This document shows, in pieces, positions 11,701-22,474 of a DNA stretch of 64,000 bases. Under the pieces are notes generated by a model, which had not been told where the DNA came from, searched no databases, and saw nothing but the letters and a program-made list of their open reading frames with translations. The translations under genes were made by a program, and so were the position numbers. Each line of letters starts with the position of its first letter. The stretch's first letter is position 1. The stretch comes from Antedon mediterranea (Eukaryota; Animalia; Echinodermata), in NCBI RefSeq assembly GCF_964355755.1, contig NC_092677.1:8206101-8270100 (forward strand), given 5' to 3'.

Positions 11701-13525
11701 TAAGGGCATGAAAATCTGTTGAAGACCATAACAACTTTACAGTGACAATTTCTTTATAATCCATCTTGATAGATTTGTAAGAGTTTTATATTGTATTTTA
11801 TTATTTAGGTGGTTTGTCAAATGACACATTGTGACCCTTTGATACCTGAAATTATGGCCTCATATCTATATTGATGAATATTATTATTCGTCCATCGGAC
11901 ATTTTTTCTAGGCCGTTTCGGATAAATTTGACATCTCATGGCATGATGATTGGTATGAAATGTCCATCATGCTATTTGGGACTTATATTATTAAATTATA
12001 ATGTAGTGATTAAAGTCAAAGGTAAGAAAACATGGGTGTTTTGGAATATTTTGACAACAAATTCGCTTATGTATTCCTATCGATTACCAAGATTCCTATA
12101 TAATTATGATATAAAATACTGTATTGGCCAGATCAATAGTTCAAATGGCAAAATAGGTGGTTTCTAAAGGCTTTTAGTATTTTTCTTTAACTATAGAGTT
12201 GGGCACACTGCTTAATTTAGGACAATTTTGAAGTCTCTACGGCCAGCAGTTGATGCGGTATTGAGATAACCCAAAATTAGGGTCAAAGTTATAAATTTTG
12301 AAACCAATTTGGTATCCTATCGATCACGAAGATGTCTATAAAAATAAATATGCCTACGTCAATAGTTCAAAGGTCAAAATAGAAGGTTTCTAAAGGTTTT
12401 TGGTATTTTTCTTTCATTAAAGTAAATAGAAAGTTTGGCATTCCGAATAATTTGGGACAACTTTGAAGTCTCTACGGCCAGTCGTTGATGAGATATTGAG
12501 ATAATCCAAATTTAGGGTCAAAGTTCAAAACATGCATTTCCGGTCATTTTTTTAAAAACTTTTCCATTATAATGAATATAAATATGGGTCTTCTGAGTAT
12601 TTTGACAAAAATTTCGCTTATGTACTCCTATCGATCACCAAGATGTCTATAAAATTAAAATATGCTTAGGTCAATAGTTCAAAGGTCAGAATAGAAGGTT
12701 TCTAAAGGAATTTTGTATTTTTCTTTCATTATAGTGAATAGAAAGTTGGGCATTCTGAATAATTTGGGACAATTTTGAACTCTGTACGGCCAGTCGTTGA
12801 TGAGATATTGAGATAATCCAAATTTATGGTCAAAGGTCAAAACAGGCATTTCCGGTCATTTTTTTAAAAACTTCTCCATTACAGTGAATATATTTATTGG
12901 TCTTCTGAGTATTTTGACACCAAGATTGTTTACTTACACCTACTGGTTGTCAAAATATGGTAAATAATGTTAAGATGGCCGCCATTTTGAAAAATGGCCC
13001 AATCAGGTTGAAGCACAACGGGGAAACCCGGGGACTTTTAGTATGTTGTTCCAGACAACATTGGGGACCTATCCTGAAAAATTCAGCTTTAGCATATTTA
13101 TTTCTACCTTTGGCCCTTTTTTTGTCTAATACTCCTGGACTAATAACAATCCATAAACAAAACATCAGAAGTGTTTACAACGCCTGTTACAACGCCGCTA
13201 CCCTAGTTTTATTTATCTGCATACACCTTGAAAGGAAATTCATCCAAACGGTGTATTAAGATTCTATACGTGAAATATCGACGTCAATTCTCTCTTTCCC
13301 GTCTATTATTAAATAAATAATAAAATAAAAGAGTATGAATTCTTGTTTGTGTTTCAGAATACACATAAGCAATGGTCCGTGGTATTTCTAATATGCACCG
13401 GAATACAATTGTTTGGGATGGTAATTTTCCTAGTATTTGCGAAGGGAGAGCAACAAGAATGGTCAATTAGGTCAACAAATAAAACCAGCAAAAAGAACGG
13501 GGAGAAAACTAAGTTGCTTGAATGA
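5756..13525 (+). CDS. SLC17 family (sialin-like) MFS organic anion transporter, paralog 2 (complete)
   Basis: Exons 5756-5986, 6260-6493, 6779-6866, 7259-7354, 7935-8059, 8380-8529, 8947-9079, 9386-9627 and 13358-13525 are all GT-AG and phase-compatible, with the same intron positions as paralog 1. N-terminal RYF..RMNWYIAIVNMV and C-terminal FAKGEQQEW. The start ATG is uncertain. Confidence 0.9.
9928..13142. mobile_element. Foldback-like element with ~1 kb inverted arms built from ~310-bp subrepeats, in the last intron of SLC17 paralog 2
   Basis: Left arm 9928-~10889 is the reverse complement of right arm ~11980-13142 (TAGTCCAGGAGTATTAGAC ... GTCTAATACTCCTGGACTA). Subrepeat starts GTGTCAAAATACTC at ~10140, 10452 and 10771. 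No transposase ORF. Confidence 0.85.
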
Positions 13526-14935
13526 AAATGCAAATTTTTCTAAAGTTGTGTTTTCAGGTTCAACTTCTAGATTATTCGTGTGTGAACAAGACAAGACATC
13601 GGAAAGGAAAAGGAAACAGCATAGCCAACTTGCTGGTGCTGAACTACAAAAAGCAATGTGGTAACCAAACCATTTATATGTAGTTCATAAACATACTCCG
13701 ATACAAGATATCCGGTTGGTTCTAATAAAATATTTAGCAAGGAGTAACCGTTTGTACTGTACTTTTGTACTTCACACTGAAAAGTGAAGTGTCAAGGGCC
13801 TATGACAACTGTAGGCCGTTCAATAAAATAGTTTTTGCAAGTACACATTGAGTGAGAATACTTTTCTTCTAAATATTGTCGTAAATGTAATTAATTTAAT
13901 ATTCGAATAGGCCTAACATTCTGTGCGTACCGTCGGAAATGCCTACTTTGTAAATAAATATAAATTTATAAATCACTTATTTGTGTTTCAATAAATACAA
14001 TATTAATAATGATTATATTATCAACAAAATAAAGGCAACAGATGCGTACTGTTGGAAAGATGCCGAAGTGTCGTAATTACAAAGCACTTAATTAAGTTGC
14101 AGGTGGGAAAATAAAAGGCACTCCCATTTTTGTATTGTATAGATGTAAAATGAAATTGTTGGGAGAGGCCGTGATCCCAGGGAAGAGTCACTCTTCCCTG
14201 GTGATCCAAACTATTGGCCCAATACACAGTAAGACTTAAGGTACACTGTGTGTCTCCAAATCAATTGAAGCCGTGAATGCTTTACAGTTTTTGCTACTGC
14301 TGAAGCAGGTATAGTATAGGAACTGAAGCATCGACACATTCTCAACTTTACTTTTTCTCTTAGGAAACACATGTGTACCACCACACACCTTACTTTACTG
14401 GAGGATGTTGTGAAATGTCGATTACGATGAATATCATCGGCTTTCCAAGCGATACGTTTTAAAGTTGACATTATGTCTCGACGTTTCGGTTATGCTACTT
14501 CAGACGATCAATTTACATAGACGACGGTCATAAGAAATCACGTAGATTCTATTCTTTTGTTTTCCGCTTACCGCTATAGTCCGTTTCAATTGGCCTTGAC
14601 AACCTTAACACATTCTGTTGAATTTTAGTTTATTTTGTAGATACCTTGGTGTACCTCGGACCTCACTACAAGAAGATTTACTTGTTACGAATTTAGGTGG
14701 ATTTCCACGCGATACTTTTGCAACAAAAGCCCCATTTTAAATAGCGTTTATAAATATAATACGTTCGCAAATACATTTACATGAAACAATTAATAATAGA
14801 CATTTTTTGCACAAAATATATTTGCATAATTGAAATCTGTATTTACATCTAATTCACCCGTATATAATTTCTTTTCAATCAAATCTAATCATGACAGAAA
14901 TCAAACTAATCTAAGAAGATGCAAATTTTATAACG

Positions 14936-15052
14936 TTCTGTCTACACTATGAAACAACTTTGATGTGCTTAAATATGGTAGTGATATGACATCATCATGC
15001 CCATATATGGGTACATCACTTTTTTTCACTTAAAGTTTGATAGTGTAGTGTA
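14936..15052. mobile_element. ~130-bp MITE, copy 2
   Basis: TCTGTCTACACTATGAAAC ... AGTTTGATAGTGTAG with the shared internal core. Confidence 0.7.
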
Positions 15053-15164
15053 CTTTATTATTAAGTATATATATAGTAAGTAAATGATTTATGATATACA
15101 CAACTTATTAAGATCAGTTTAATAGTTTACTAATGTAAATGATCACAAGCCAAATACTATATAT

Positions 15165-15500
15165 TACCCCTTTCACAAACACCGTGAATACAACTCTGGA
15201 GCGCTATTCATAGCGATCAAATAAAAATGGTATTAAACTATTCCCAACATCAATCAAACACATGAGATTTGAAATTTAAAACAAGCGTGAATGTATGTTG
15301 CTATTTAATGGCAAATACCATTAAATAGATGTTCGCCCGAGGTTGATCGGACACTATACAACACCAACGTTTAGAGTCTGTATACCTCTCACATGCTGGG
15401 TCCACGGTGTAATTCATACAAAACAAAACGCCGGTGTGTGCGAATGTGTTGACGTGTGCATACTCCAGAGTTTTGCTTGGAGATAATGTGAAAGAGGTTA
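15165..15500. mobile_element. Degenerate MITE (PIF/Harbinger-like ends)
   Basis: TACCCCTTTCACA at left versus TGTGAAAGAGGTTA at right. Internal inverted pair AACTCTGGAG / CTCCAGAGTT. Confidence 0.4.
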
Positions 15501-17151
15501 CCTAAATACCATTTCAGCGATTAACCATTATCGCTTGGAATTTATTTTTATACTATAGAAGTATATTCATAAAAAAAAATAAAAATACTGTATGAACAAT
15601 CATAAAGTATTACCAATTTACGTGATAACCTGTATCAGCTAACACTTTGATATCACTATATGACATAATGTGAATGTTTTCTTCTCGATCCATCAATAGT
15701 GTATAATGGTTGCTTTCAAATCCTTATAACCATACGGATAAGCTTAGATAACAACCATTAATGATAAGCCTACTATACGTAAATATAATAAAGCATTGAA
15801 TTATGGTACAGTAATCATTTACTATAATCATTCACTAATAAATATATCAAACAATTTAACACAATTGAATGCAGTTATAGTGTAGACTATAATATGCAAT
15901 GTATGCATAGTTGCCTGTCAGCATCTATACCGGTATCATAATGTTTACACTATCGTTTTAAACACCAAGAACGACATGCATGGAGAAATAAGTTTGGATT
16001 CTCCGTGGTAAAAGTAAGAAAATACTATTTTATAGTTTCGTGTCGAAAGTAAAATAAATTTAGTAGTATTTTAAAAACTGTCTAAATCGGTGGATTCGTT
16101 TCAGCCCGATGTATACTCGGTTTATCTCAAGACTGCGTTCGCAAAAAATACGATTTAATGAAAAAAAACATATATGTATGACCGAAAATGTATAATTTCC
16201 GATTTGTTCTTAGTGGAAAATCCACTAGACTTTCCTCCACATTTTACGAAATGATGTACCGCACAGTACTGTACAACGGTTTGTTTTGTACGACGCACTA
16301 ATAATAGGTAATTATGTGGGGTAAGTGTTGCTAATTCAATACTTTTGAGTATGTTTAATTTAATCGCTAAACATATGTGTGAACAAGAATTTAGTGGATG
16401 TGTTGCAGTTGTTCATGCGTAAAAAAAAATGAAGTAACTTGATGACGCCATTCTTCTTTTTCTGAATACCAAAATGTCTTTACAATCCATATGTTTGCAA
16501 CCAAAAACTTGCTGTTTAGATATATTGCACTTATTGATAAACTGCAAGTTTAATACTACGCGACGTGACATTAAACTATACTTTAAACAAAATTGTAATT
16601 CATAATACATAAGTAAAGTTGGAATTGATATCATCTTAAAAAAGGTCTAGAGTAAATTCACGGAGCCAATATATTTTCTGTAAGTTAACATCATCACGGT
16701 TATGTAAAAATATTACAGACTACAGTTTCTTATTAACATTAAACACTACTTCATCTAAAGTAAGTTTGTTATGAGGCTTATGTTGTGACCTATGGTACTG
16801 TGTACCACCTGAGTAACAAGGATGTTGTTTAATATAATAATTATTCTGGTCACCTCATAAATAAGGATATAACGTTGATCTGGAGAATGAAATACACACA
16901 CTGTCTTATTGTATACTATTGCATCCATAAACTGTTCCTCTTCTGTATCGAATAGAGAACATCTGTAGAGAAAAGAAATTCTTCCATATTTGAAAAAGAG
17001 CAAAATAAAAGGAAAATGGCTAATATTACACAGTATTTATGATGCACAACATTTTGTTAATAAGTTAGAAAGTCACTGACTCAGCTTAATACAGTGGATA
17101 TCAGTTACCACAGACTCTCATTTCAACCAAAAATAAGCTTGAAAGCATAAA

Positions 17152-17280
17152 TCTCTATCTACACTATCAAACTATTTGACTAAAAGGGTGTGATGTTCCC
17201 AAATATGGTAGTGATATGACGTCATCATGTTTATATATGGGCTGGTCACATTTTTTTTGTCACATAGCGCAGATAGAGCT
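17152..17280. mobile_element. ~130-bp MITE, copy 3 (in the predicted 3'-UTR intron of the zinc-finger gene)
   Basis: CTCTATCTACACTATCAAAC ... CAGATAGAGC with the shared AAATATGGTAGTGATATGAC core. Confidence 0.7.
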
Positions 17281-17308
17281 TTACACTATGAGCAATACTC
17301 ACTTAATG

Positions 17309-20300
17309 TCAGGATGCAGTTGAAGTAAAAGGATCATCCTTGCCCAAGTGGTTTTCTTTAAAGTGTTGATCCACATTACATCTGGAGTTGCCTGTGAAAC
17401 TACATAGCTGGCAGCGCATCAGTTTATCTTCTTTTCTTTGATGCCGATGCATTTTTTTTGGTTCTGCTGTATGGAAATCACAATTCCAACAACATAATAC
17501 AGTTCTACCAGATTCACAGAGAATCTGTCTACTACACTGAAGTGTTACACCATTGAATTTAACAGGTTGGTCAGACACGCTCTGTGTAGGACTAGGCGCC
17601 ACGGAAGGTGCCTGTGAGGTTACAGGATTACTTTCATCAATTGGTAAGTACTTATTGTTTGTTCGTTGTGTGGCTGGAGATGGTGGCATTACCTGAGAAG
17701 GCGTATCAGGTAATGATGCTTCTTGGTTGGATGGTTTTGGCAAGGAAGTATTTGATGGCGGCTGAACTGATGGGGGCTGAACTGATGGAGTCGGTACAGA
17801 GCTTATTTGTCTACTAGTTGAATTACTAGCTGTAGAAACATTCAAAACTGCTGAAGAAATTGGAGCAGTGGTACTATTACTTTTTTCACTATTCTTATCA
17901 CAAGGTTGATTTAGAGCTGTAGTGTTAATTTGATTCCGACTAACACAATGTTCAGATGAAGGCCGCCTTGTTGGTAGTTGGGGAATTTCCGAAGATCTCC
18001 TTCTCATTGTTGGACATGTCATTTGGTTTTCTTGCAATGTGTTTCTAGGAAAAAGTGTATTTGGATTTGCAATAAGGTTTCGACGAGCAGAAAGATTAGC
18101 AATACTCTCAGAAGCTGTGTTAATCAAAGGATGAATGAGTGATTCTGATGAGGAAGTACTTCTAAGAGGTCGTCTGCTTAATGTCTCTGCAGCTGGCGGT
18201 GGTGTAACAATTGGCGACAATTGGGAGGATCCTGTAGCATCCCTTTCAGCTTGGATATCTGTTTGTATGTGTAAAGGTTCTGAATGATGTTGGATATTCA
18301 TTTCTGAACGACAGCCAGGCATGTGGTGCAGCGAGGATATATTGTTCATATTGAGAGAACTGCCAAAACCATTAAAATCTTGAGACGACGAAAGGTTGTT
18401 AAAACTGTTGTGTCTTGGAAGAGATGGAAAATATGGTTGAGCTGAAGTCCTTGAAGGAGAAGACAAGAGCCATGGTGAATTAAAGCTATTTGTTGTTGGA
18501 GAATGAGATGTTCTTATTCCTCCACTGCAACAAGAATCAGTTCGATCCTCTGGAAGATAGTGTAACGGATAAGAACTGTGAAGACGGTCTGAAAAACTTG
18601 GTGTTGTAGGAAGTCTAGGAATACTAGCTGGACTATACAGTAAATTATCATGCAAGTGCGTACTGGGAAAACTTCTTGGTGACATCAAATTGACATCAGG
18701 CGGATGTGGACTAGGACTCATAAACAAAGAACGGTGCATAGTGCTAAATGGTGGAGGTGGGACCAGAAGATGTCTTGAACTTGGCTGATGTAGTGACGGA
18801 TGTGGAGTGGTGTGAGGAGTTGATAAGTTACATTCTTGTAGATGACTCATGTGGTGATTTGCAAAAGCATGTCGGCCTAGTCCACCAGGCGATGGAAAAC
18901 GATGTGGGACATCACTTTGGCTGTTTAGCATATGTGGAAAATTGTATAACATTGGTCGGGGAGGAGGATTACGAGATTGAAGGCTTAAGTTTAGATCTGA
19001 AACAGCATGGTTTAAAACACCTGGTTGATTGATCTGCTGTTCTGTAGCATTAGGATGGCTTTGTACCAAGGGATTGTGAGAAAGTCTTTTATTCATTCCA
19101 GGTAAAATTCTGTCTGTAACTCTACTTCCATGGACTCTTGTAGGTGTATGAGAACCTAATGCATTGCACGATGTTCTAATATTTTGAGAATGTTCGACTT
19201 GACGAGGTTGAGTATTTAATGTTGATTCATTTGACGCTGTAATAGATTCTTGACTTAGTAAGGGACATCGAGGCTTTGATTTTTTTGTTATTGCACTATT
19301 TGATGGAAATTTTGATGATGAGGAAGGTAAGTTGCTTATCAAAGGAACTGTCTGAATTGTTGTTGAACTAGACTGTACCGTTCCAGAATGTGTTGAGTCA
19401 GAATTATTACTAAGTTGACCTTTTGATGTTGGTGTCGGAAGATCTTGGTTTACATAATTTGGTTGTCTACAAGTATTCTTTGAAGTTGTATTTGTATGAT
19501 TTTGTTCTCTGTGAATATCAGTCCAAGGAGCAGTTGCTATCAGATTATTTCTTTGGTGGGTGTGGGAAGGATAGTCTCTAGGGCAACTGCCTACCATATT
19601 ACTACCATGTGCCTGTGAAATCATTTGTGACCAATTTCTCATTGGTGGTGATTTTTCGACATTTTCTCTGTGAGGTCTATTCAAATACTCTGTTGTTCTT
19701 TTAGATTGCAAACTACTTTGTGGACAGATAACGTTTCGGTTGTTTGAACTTCCTGATCCTCTTTCTTCATTTGGTCTAATTGGAAAATTCCTTATACTTG
19801 AGCCAGTACCACTAAAAATCATATCACTATTGCCTCTGTTTTCAAAGGAGACATTGTGACCGGCAGAGGAATTTAACTGTGTTGGTGCTGAAGAGTGTTC
19901 AGACGTGCGTGATCTTGTTTGAAAATTTGTGTCAGCAATTCCTGTTGTTAACCTTTCAGACGTTTTTGCTTGAGAAGTATTATTTGAATTAGTTAATGTG
20001 GTGGTAATATATTGTCTGTCACGAATAGAATCAATTCTCCCTACTGTACTGGACGATGTGTTCACAATTGAATTGGAAAATAGATTGCGACCTGTACTTG
20101 TAGAAGATCTGCTTCCAGTTAATGTACTGTTTGATACTTGAAAATGTTCAGATGTGCCACCACAAGCACCGCTTTGCTCAGATGTCTTTTCAGAAGCAAC
20201 TATTTCAGTTGGAGTCACTACTGATGTTTGATGACATATTGGTCTTACTGATTGCGGTGGTAAAGGATTTTTATGACTTAAACGTTGCATAGGAGGTGGT

Positions 20301-21871
20301 GAAACGATATTGTCATTTGACATCGGGCATGATACAGACATTCTTGTGTTTTGCAAGGTGGTAATTGAAGTATTAGCATGTGACTGCATAGCAGCTGTTC
20401 TACCATTGATGGAAGATGGCTGCGGCGATGGATTGACTCTATTTTGACATTCAGTTTCAGGTCTTGTTCTTTCTTCTGGCATGGAAGCAACAGCCCTTGA
20501 AGACACAGACAAAAATTCAACTGATGATGTCTTTTTTGGTTTCTGAGAATGTGATTTTTCCACAGTAGATGCAGATCTTTGATTAGAAGGAACAGTTTGA
20601 GAAATTTGGAAATTGTTTCTAATATTTGCATGTACAGCTGAAGATATGGAACAAGTAACAGGTACCAATGATGAAGGTGCGGGTGGTAGGGAAGAATTAT
20701 TAGTTGGATTTATTTGTGTTTCAAATGAAATGTTAGGTGAACTATCCATTGAATTAAGTGTTCTATTCTCTGCTACAGTGTTTCTGTTGGACGCACTTAC
20801 ACTTTTTGAAGAAATTTTTTCTGGTTCGACTTCGCACCTTTTTGATTGGTGATCTGGTGGATTAACAGTTCGTTCTTTGGTGGAATTTGAAGACAAATCG
20901 CTAGCAGGAACATGTGTTGGTACAGAAGTAGGTTTAGATAATGGTGCAGCAGAAGAAAGATTATGGCTTCTGGAATGTTTACTACTGTATGATTCCATTG
21001 AATTACTATGCAAGGAAGGTGCTACACTGGAAGAAAACCGTGCAAAATGCGGTGAAGATTCACAGCTTGATGTAACCGGAGTAGCAAGTTGTTTCTCAGA
21101 AGCAACTGACCAATTCATTAAATGGAAGCTGTTGTTCTGTCGTGCCGTTTTCTCTGCAATTTGACTATATGTTCCTGGACTATTTAGCAACATACTATAC
21201 TTATATTTCTCTGGTCTTAGTTTCAAAATGTCTTTTATGTTAGATGGAAGACTGGCATTTAGTGGTAGGATAGGAACTTGTGCAGATTTTCCTTTGTAAG
21301 GAGGTGTATAGTTACCATCTTTATTCTTTTCTAAACAGCAATTTCTATTTGAACTGCAGTCACAAGATTTGCAATCTGTTCTCTCAATGTCTTTCTTACA
21401 ACATGGTTCATTATGACAATGACAGGTGTTTTTAGTTGGCTTTGTACAAATAATTGGTTGTGCATTTGACTTTCCACAGTTACAATGTCCACATCCAACA
21501 GGGATAACAAATGAATAGTTTGCAAGAACAGGCATAGTGTTGCAACTGTTCATGGCAACCAACGTTGGTGTATGTAACATAACAGGAAGATTTGACATTA
21601 CATGCATATGCGGTGGAGACATTAATAACATTTGTTTTCCCGAATCCGGAGCTGCACCATGTTTAAACTTACAGCCATCATTCTCTTCCAGAAAGGAACT
21701 TTTAACAGGCAGTGTCGCCAACACCACTGCTTGATGCTGGTCTTTTTTCAAGGTGGGTTTCGGAGCAATGGGTTTAAATTTCTTTCTGCAAAAGTCATCG
21801 ATCCTTGGCTTTGAATTATGATCAAAATCATCTTCTAATGGCCTCTTCTTGGAGTAATTTTCAAAAGACAT
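17309..21871 (-). CDS. Uncharacterised ~1520-aa S/T/N/P-rich protein with an N-terminal Cys/His cluster and two C-terminal C2H2-type zinc fingers; single coding exon
   Basis: 4.56-kb uninterrupted ORF. Acceptor TTTTACCAG at ~21900 is followed by AAACATG at 21871. C-terminus CWNCDF..KMHRHQ..CQLCSF..VDQHFKENH. Probable non-coding 5' exons at ~22520-22571 and ~25102-25220. Confidence 0.85.
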   Translation of the reverse strand: MSFENYSKKRPLEDDFDHNSKPRIDDFCRKKFKPIAPKPTLKKDQHQAVVLATLPVKSSFLEENDGCKFKHGAAPDSGKQMLLMSPPHMHVMSNLPVMLHTPTLVAMNSCNTMPVLANYSFVIPVGCGHCNCGKSNAQPIICTKPTKNTCHCHNEPCCKKDIERTDCKSCDCSSNRNCCLEKNKDGNYTPPYKGKSAQVPILPLNASLPSNIKDILKLRPEKYKYSMLLNSPGTYSQIAEKTARQNNSFHLMNWSVASEKQLATPVTSSCESSPHFARFSSSVAPSLHSNSMESYSSKHSRSHNLSSAAPLSKPTSVPTHVPASDLSSNSTKERTVNPPDHQSKRCEVEPEKISSKSVSASNRNTVAENRTLNSMDSSPNISFETQINPTNNSSLPPAPSSLVPVTCSISSAVHANIRNNFQISQTVPSNQRSASTVEKSHSQKPKKTSSVEFLSVSSRAVASMPEERTRPETECQNRVNPSPQPSSINGRTAAMQSHANTSITTLQNTRMSVSCPMSNDNIVSPPPMQRLSHKNPLPPQSVRPICHQTSVVTPTEIVASEKTSEQSGACGGTSEHFQVSNSTLTGSRSSTSTGRNLFSNSIVNTSSSTVGRIDSIRDRQYITTTLTNSNNTSQAKTSERLTTGIADTNFQTRSRTSEHSSAPTQLNSSAGHNVSFENRGNSDMIFSGTGSSIRNFPIRPNEERGSGSSNNRNVICPQSSLQSKRTTEYLNRPHRENVEKSPPMRNWSQMISQAHGSNMVGSCPRDYPSHTHQRNNLIATAPWTDIHREQNHTNTTSKNTCRQPNYVNQDLPTPTSKGQLSNNSDSTHSGTVQSSSTTIQTVPLISNLPSSSSKFPSNSAITKKSKPRCPLLSQESITASNESTLNTQPRQVEHSQNIRTSCNALGSHTPTRVHGSRVTDRILPGMNKRLSHNPLVQSHPNATEQQINQPGVLNHAVSDLNLSLQSRNPPPRPMLYNFPHMLNSQSDVPHRFPSPGGLGRHAFANHHMSHLQECNLSTPHTTPHPSLHQPSSRHLLVPPPPFSTMHRSLFMSPSPHPPDVNLMSPRSFPSTHLHDNLLYSPASIPRLPTTPSFSDRLHSSYPLHYLPEDRTDSCCSGGIRTSHSPTTNSFNSPWLLSSPSRTSAQPYFPSLPRHNSFNNLSSSQDFNGFGSSLNMNNISSLHHMPGCRSEMNIQHHSEPLHIQTDIQAERDATGSSQLSPIVTPPPAAETLSRRPLRSTSSSESLIHPLINTASESIANLSARRNLIANPNTLFPRNTLQENQMTCPTMRRRSSEIPQLPTRRPSSEHCVSRNQINTTALNQPCDKNSEKSNSTTAPISSAVLNVSTASNSTSRQISSVPTPSVQPPSVQPPSNTSLPKPSNQEASLPDTPSQVMPPSPATQRTNNKYLPIDESNPVTSQAPSVAPSPTQSVSDQPVKFNGVTLQCSRQILCESGRTVLCCWNCDFHTAEPKKMHRHQRKEDKLMRCQLCSFTGNSRCNVDQHFKENHLGKDDPFTSTAS

Positions 21872-22119
21872 GTTTGATTTTTTTTTTTTCAAAATGCCTG
21901 GTAAAATACAAAAATAGAATGTCAATATTTTCTGAATATGAGTGGCTGATGCAAGAGATTTTACCAGAATATATGGAAAAATATGAATTACGCTATCATA
22001 ACTATGACAATAGAAATAAATTTTAATTAATGGTTAAATTACTATACAGTACACACACTCAGAAAGGTACTATTTAATTAACTTTCTCTACTGTTCACTA
22101 TACATGTACCTTGATTTTT

Positions 22120-22200
22120 TTTTAGTCTATAGTTCACTATGTCGGTCTGTCGGTATCACTATGCGTTTTAGCACGCGACTTATGGCTGTTGGCCTTGTTT
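22120..22200 (+). mobile_element. Mini HINE/Helentron-like element, forward copy
   Basis: TTTTAGTC..CACTATGTCGGTCTGTCGG..CACGCGACTTATGGCTGTTGGCCTTGTT. Subterminal IR, short 3' hairpin and T-rich flanks. Confidence 0.55.
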
Positions 22201-22387
22201 TCTATTTATTACCCTTTTATCTACAGTAGTTTGTTCACCAAAATAAGAATTCAACTTTGATATAAATGATTTTGTAATAGATATACAGGTACAGGTATAG
22301 TTAATACCTGTAGTACAGGTGTCAACTATTTTGTGACATCTATTTTTGATTAGACTATTAATATCATTAGGTTAGTGCGCACCGATT

Positions 22388-22474
22388 AAAAACAAGGCCA
22401 ACAGCCATAAGTCACGTGCTAAAACGCAGTGATACCGGACCGACAGACCAACATAGTGAACTATAGAGTCGCGT
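22388..22474 (-). mobile_element. Mini HINE/Helentron-like element, inverted copy
   Basis: Near-exact reverse complement of 22120-22200. Confidence 0.6.

Noticed and set aside
9915-13259. Near-identical ORFs MVNN.KMAAILKNGP on opposite strands (9915-10103 and 12957-13259)
   Set aside because: They arise from the inverted arms of the foldback element and have no transposase motifs.
13558-13660. Exon-like segment just after the SLC17 paralog 2 stop
   Set aside because: It has an AG acceptor and a weak donor, but no recognisable product or connecting exon.
17608-22026. Several short plus-strand and alternate-frame ORFs inside the large zinc-finger ORF
   Set aside because: Shadow ORFs of a long coding exon.
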